Below, one piece after another: positions 49,946 through 52,882 of a DNA stretch of 52,882 bases; position 1 is the stretch's first letter; each line of letters begins with the position of its first letter. The position numbers and the translations under genes are program-made. The DNA is from Octopus bimaculoides (taxonomy: Eukaryota). The DNA is taken from contig NC_068983.1 in the NCBI RefSeq assembly GCF_001194135.2, positions 20,800,012 to 20,852,893 of the forward strand, given 5' to 3'. Under the pieces are notes generated by a model. It saw nothing but the letters and a program-made list of their open reading frames with translations, ran no database searches and was not told the DNA's origin.

Positions 49946-50810
49946 ATAATANNNNNNNNNNNNNNNNNNNNNNNNNNNNNNNNNNNNNNNNNNNNNNNNN
50001 NNNNNNNNNNNNNNNNNNNNNNNNNNNNNNNNNNNNNNNNNNNNNNNNNNNNNNNNNNNNNNNNNNNNNNNNNNNNNNNNNNNNNNNNNNNNNNNNNNNN
50101 NNNNNNNNNNNNNNNNNNNNNNNNNNNNNNNNNNNNNNNNNNNNNNNNNNNNNNNNNNNNNNNNNNNNNNNNNNNNNNNNNNNNNNNNNNNNNNNNNNNN
50201 NNNNNNNNNNNNNNNNNNNNNNNNNNNNNNNNNNNNNNNNNNNNNNNNNNNNNNNNNNNNNNNNNNNNNNNNNNNNNNNNNNNNNNNNNNNNNNNNNNNN
50301 NNNNNNNNNNNNNNNNNNNNNNNNNNNNNNNNNNNNNNNNNNNNNNNNNNNNNNNNNNNNNNNNNNNNNNNNNNNNNNNNNNNNNNNNNNNNNNNNNNNN
50401 NNNNNNNNNNNNNNNNNNNNNNNNNNNNNNNNNNNNNNNNNNNNNNNNNNNNNNNNNNNNNNNNNNNNNNNNNNNNNNNNNNNNNNNNNNNNNNNNNNNN
50501 NNNNNNNNNNNNNNNNNNNNNNNNNNNNNNNNNNNNNNNNNNNNNNNNNNNNNNNNNNNNNNNNNNNNNNNNNNNNNNNNNNNNNNNNNNNNNNNNNNNN
50601 NNNNNNNNNNNNNNNNNNNNNNNNNNNNNNNNNNNNNNNNNNNNNNNNNNNNNNNNNNNNNNNNNNNNNNNNNNNNNNNNNNNNNNNNNNNNNNNNNNNN
50701 NNNNNNNNNNNNNNNNNNNNNNNNNNNNNNNNNNNNNNNNNNNNNNNNNNNNNNNNNNNNNNNNNNNNNNNNNNNNNNNNNNNNNNNNNNNNNNNNNNNN
50801 NNNNNNNNNN

Positions 50811-50909
<99 letters not shown>

Positions 50910-50955
50910 TAACAATAACAATAATAATAACAATAATAATAATAATAACAATAAC

Positions 50956-50989
<34 letters not shown>

Positions 50990-51155
50990 GTGATGGTGAT
51001 GATGATGACGACGACGACGATGACGATGATGATGATGATGGCGATGGCGATGACGATGACGATGACGACGATGATGATGATGATGATGAGAAGAAGAAAA
51101 AAAGAACAGCAGCAGCAACAACGACGACGACGACGACGATGATGATGATGATGGT
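50811..51155. repeat. (AAT)n grading into (GAT/GAC)n microsatellite
   Basis: Read directly, adjacent to an 859-N gap. Confidence 0.95.
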
Positions 51156-51499
51156 GATGATAAATATATTTGACAGAGCAACAATGTTATGAGGCAACGC
51201 ACTAAAAATCTAATCAAATAAGAACCCGTTTCTCACCTCATCAGCTTGCTTCGTGTGTTCTATAAAAAAACAAGGATCATTGTTTTTTAGTTTATTTTGG
51301 TTATAAAGGTGTCGGATTCCTCTTTGCTATTCTGGTATTCCACAGATACTGCTAGCACTATAGGCAGTTCGTGCTTTGTATTTTGCGTTCAAGTAGACTT
51401 GAAGAGGCTAGCATTGTTAGTGATGTACGAATTTAATTTGGTTATCTTTTGCTATCTTGTTTTAACAACGACTTATTTATAATGCACGTGTGGTTTTTA

Positions 51500-51700
51500 T
51501 GTGCATCATTAATTTTCGAGGTACACGGTTACATATAGCGCCACGGTAAATACTCTCTAGATTTGGTGTGCTGCCACAAAATTCTTGTAAACTGTCGATA
51601 AGTATATATTTTCTCGACCAATAAGCGATGAAAAAGCAAATCAACCTTGGCAGGATTCGTACTGAGCTTAAAAATGTGTACGACTATCTAATGCCTAATT
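51500..51700 (-). mobile_element. SINE family B-related variant with a different tail
   Basis: Minus-strand CGAATCCTGCCAAGGTTGATTTGCTTTTTCATC..GGTCGAGAAAAT resembles the family B box-B and core region. Confidence 0.45.
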
Positions 51701-51884
51701 CTCTAAAAAGGCCTCGCTTAGATTTTTAACCACGGATGCAAAATTTAGAGAAGTGTTGAGTGGTATCCCGTTTGAGCTAAGTCGCAGTAGAATCCATGTT
51801 GAGATATTCACTGGATATTACTGCAATAGCGTTGCTCATCAAGGACGTCTATGTAATCGGCGCCGTTCTAAAATTTGACTGTTG

Positions 51885-52385
51885 CTTGTTTCAGCCATTG
51901 GATTGTGGGTATGTTGAGTCATTGCATGGCCACAGTCCAATGCTGATGTCGATTTCGTTTAGTCGACCAAATCGACATCAGTAATTATTTTTTAAAAGTC
52001 TGGTCCATATCCTACCCGTTGTTTTTGCCGAACCACGAAGTTACGAGAATGAAAAGAACAAAAACAACACCGATTAAATTACTGTGCTTTTACTTATTAA
52101 TTTTTTTATATGTGACAGTGGATTTTCATCGATGAGTTCATGAACCTTGGTTCTGTTCCCTAAAACTATATATATATATATATACCGGAGTAAGCACATG
52201 AAATGTGCAACAAGGTGCTGCTTTTAAATAAAGTATATATATATATATATATATATATATGGCGGGTTCTTTTCAGTTCCTGTCTCCAAAATCCACTCAG
52301 AAAGCATTGATCCGCTTGGGACTATAGTGGAAGACACTTTCCCAACATACTACGCAGTTAGGACTGATCCTGGATCCACGTGGAT
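51885..52385 (-). mobile_element. SINE family A copy, diverged
   Basis: Matches at TTTTTGCCGAACCACGAAGTTACG and GGCGGGTTCTTTTCAGTTCC..ACTATAGTGGAAGACACTT. The central region is expanded. Confidence 0.65.
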
Positions 52386-52844
52386 TGCATTGAAGACACA
52401 CCTGCAAGTAACTAAATCAATCTGAACAAATCACTGGCATAACGTCTGCAACTTCCGATATAAATGTCGTGGGGCAATATGTCTAATATTGTTTTTTATA
52501 ACAATGTGCTGTTACACATCAAAACGCTTTGAATAGAAATATATATATAAAAAAAAAGACATTTCCTTTCAGCTATCGTACATTGACCTTTTCATTGTCT
52601 TCGAATTTGGCCGTCAATCTTGTACCATCAACTTTTCCGTACCATAATCAATGTAATGTATCAACTTTCTTGAACACATACAGCTGTTTATTTATTTATT
52701 TGTGTAAATGTCAGATCTGTGTATTAGTGTGTGCGCATGTGTGAACTTGAATAAAGGGAGGGGTACACAAAGTGTATAAATCCTTGTGTGTGCATGTCTA
52801 CACAGTGTTAGAGGTTGCGTATATGCATGTAACTCTCTATTTAT

Positions 52845-52882
<38 letters not shown>

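Larger units (their letters stand above)
2931..50810. other. Eight assembly gaps (not one continuous feature)
   Basis: N runs at 2931-3044, 11726-11735, 14235-14320, 26809-27107, 33775-34166, 41033-41615, 42838-43219 and 49952-50810. Most abut microsatellites. Confidence 0.99.

Noticed and set aside
40867-51217. Longest supplied ORFs (222-442 aa) containing X runs
   Set aside because: Their length comes from N gaps and flanking microsatellites.

Overview
This is an AT-rich, repeat-dense animal genomic window with 8 N-gaps, most of them flanked by microsatellites. I could not identify any complete host protein-coding gene, rRNA, functional tRNA or CRISPR array. Almost all supplied ORFs are microsatellite or low-complexity artefacts. 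The repeat landscape (several tRNA-headed SINE families, plus TA/TG/AAT/CAT microsatellites) looks like a coleoid cephalopod (octopus-like) intron or intergenic region; this is an inference, not a database result. Supportable transposon content: a decayed mariner with a second Tc1/mariner-superfamily element nested in it (4.5-5.9 kb), three mariner-derived MITEs, a Tigger/pogo relic, a decayed RTE LINE (37.2-39.7 kb), an uninterrupted 3' fragment of a HERO-like RLE retrotransposon (41.7-42.8 kb), two R4/Dong-like 3' ends and about 20 SINE copies. A CpG-rich island with a candidate first exon lies at 28.1-28.9 kb. The most unusual structures are a 676-bp fold-back element with an 8-bp TSD and a central (TTAGGG)5, a TTAA-bounded nested palindrome, a four-copy SINE stack with a triplicated target site, a SINE-head/LINE-tail chimera and a structured retrotransposon 3'UTR. 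I found no evidence for a new multi-gene system. All comparisons were made by eye, and most boundaries are approximate.
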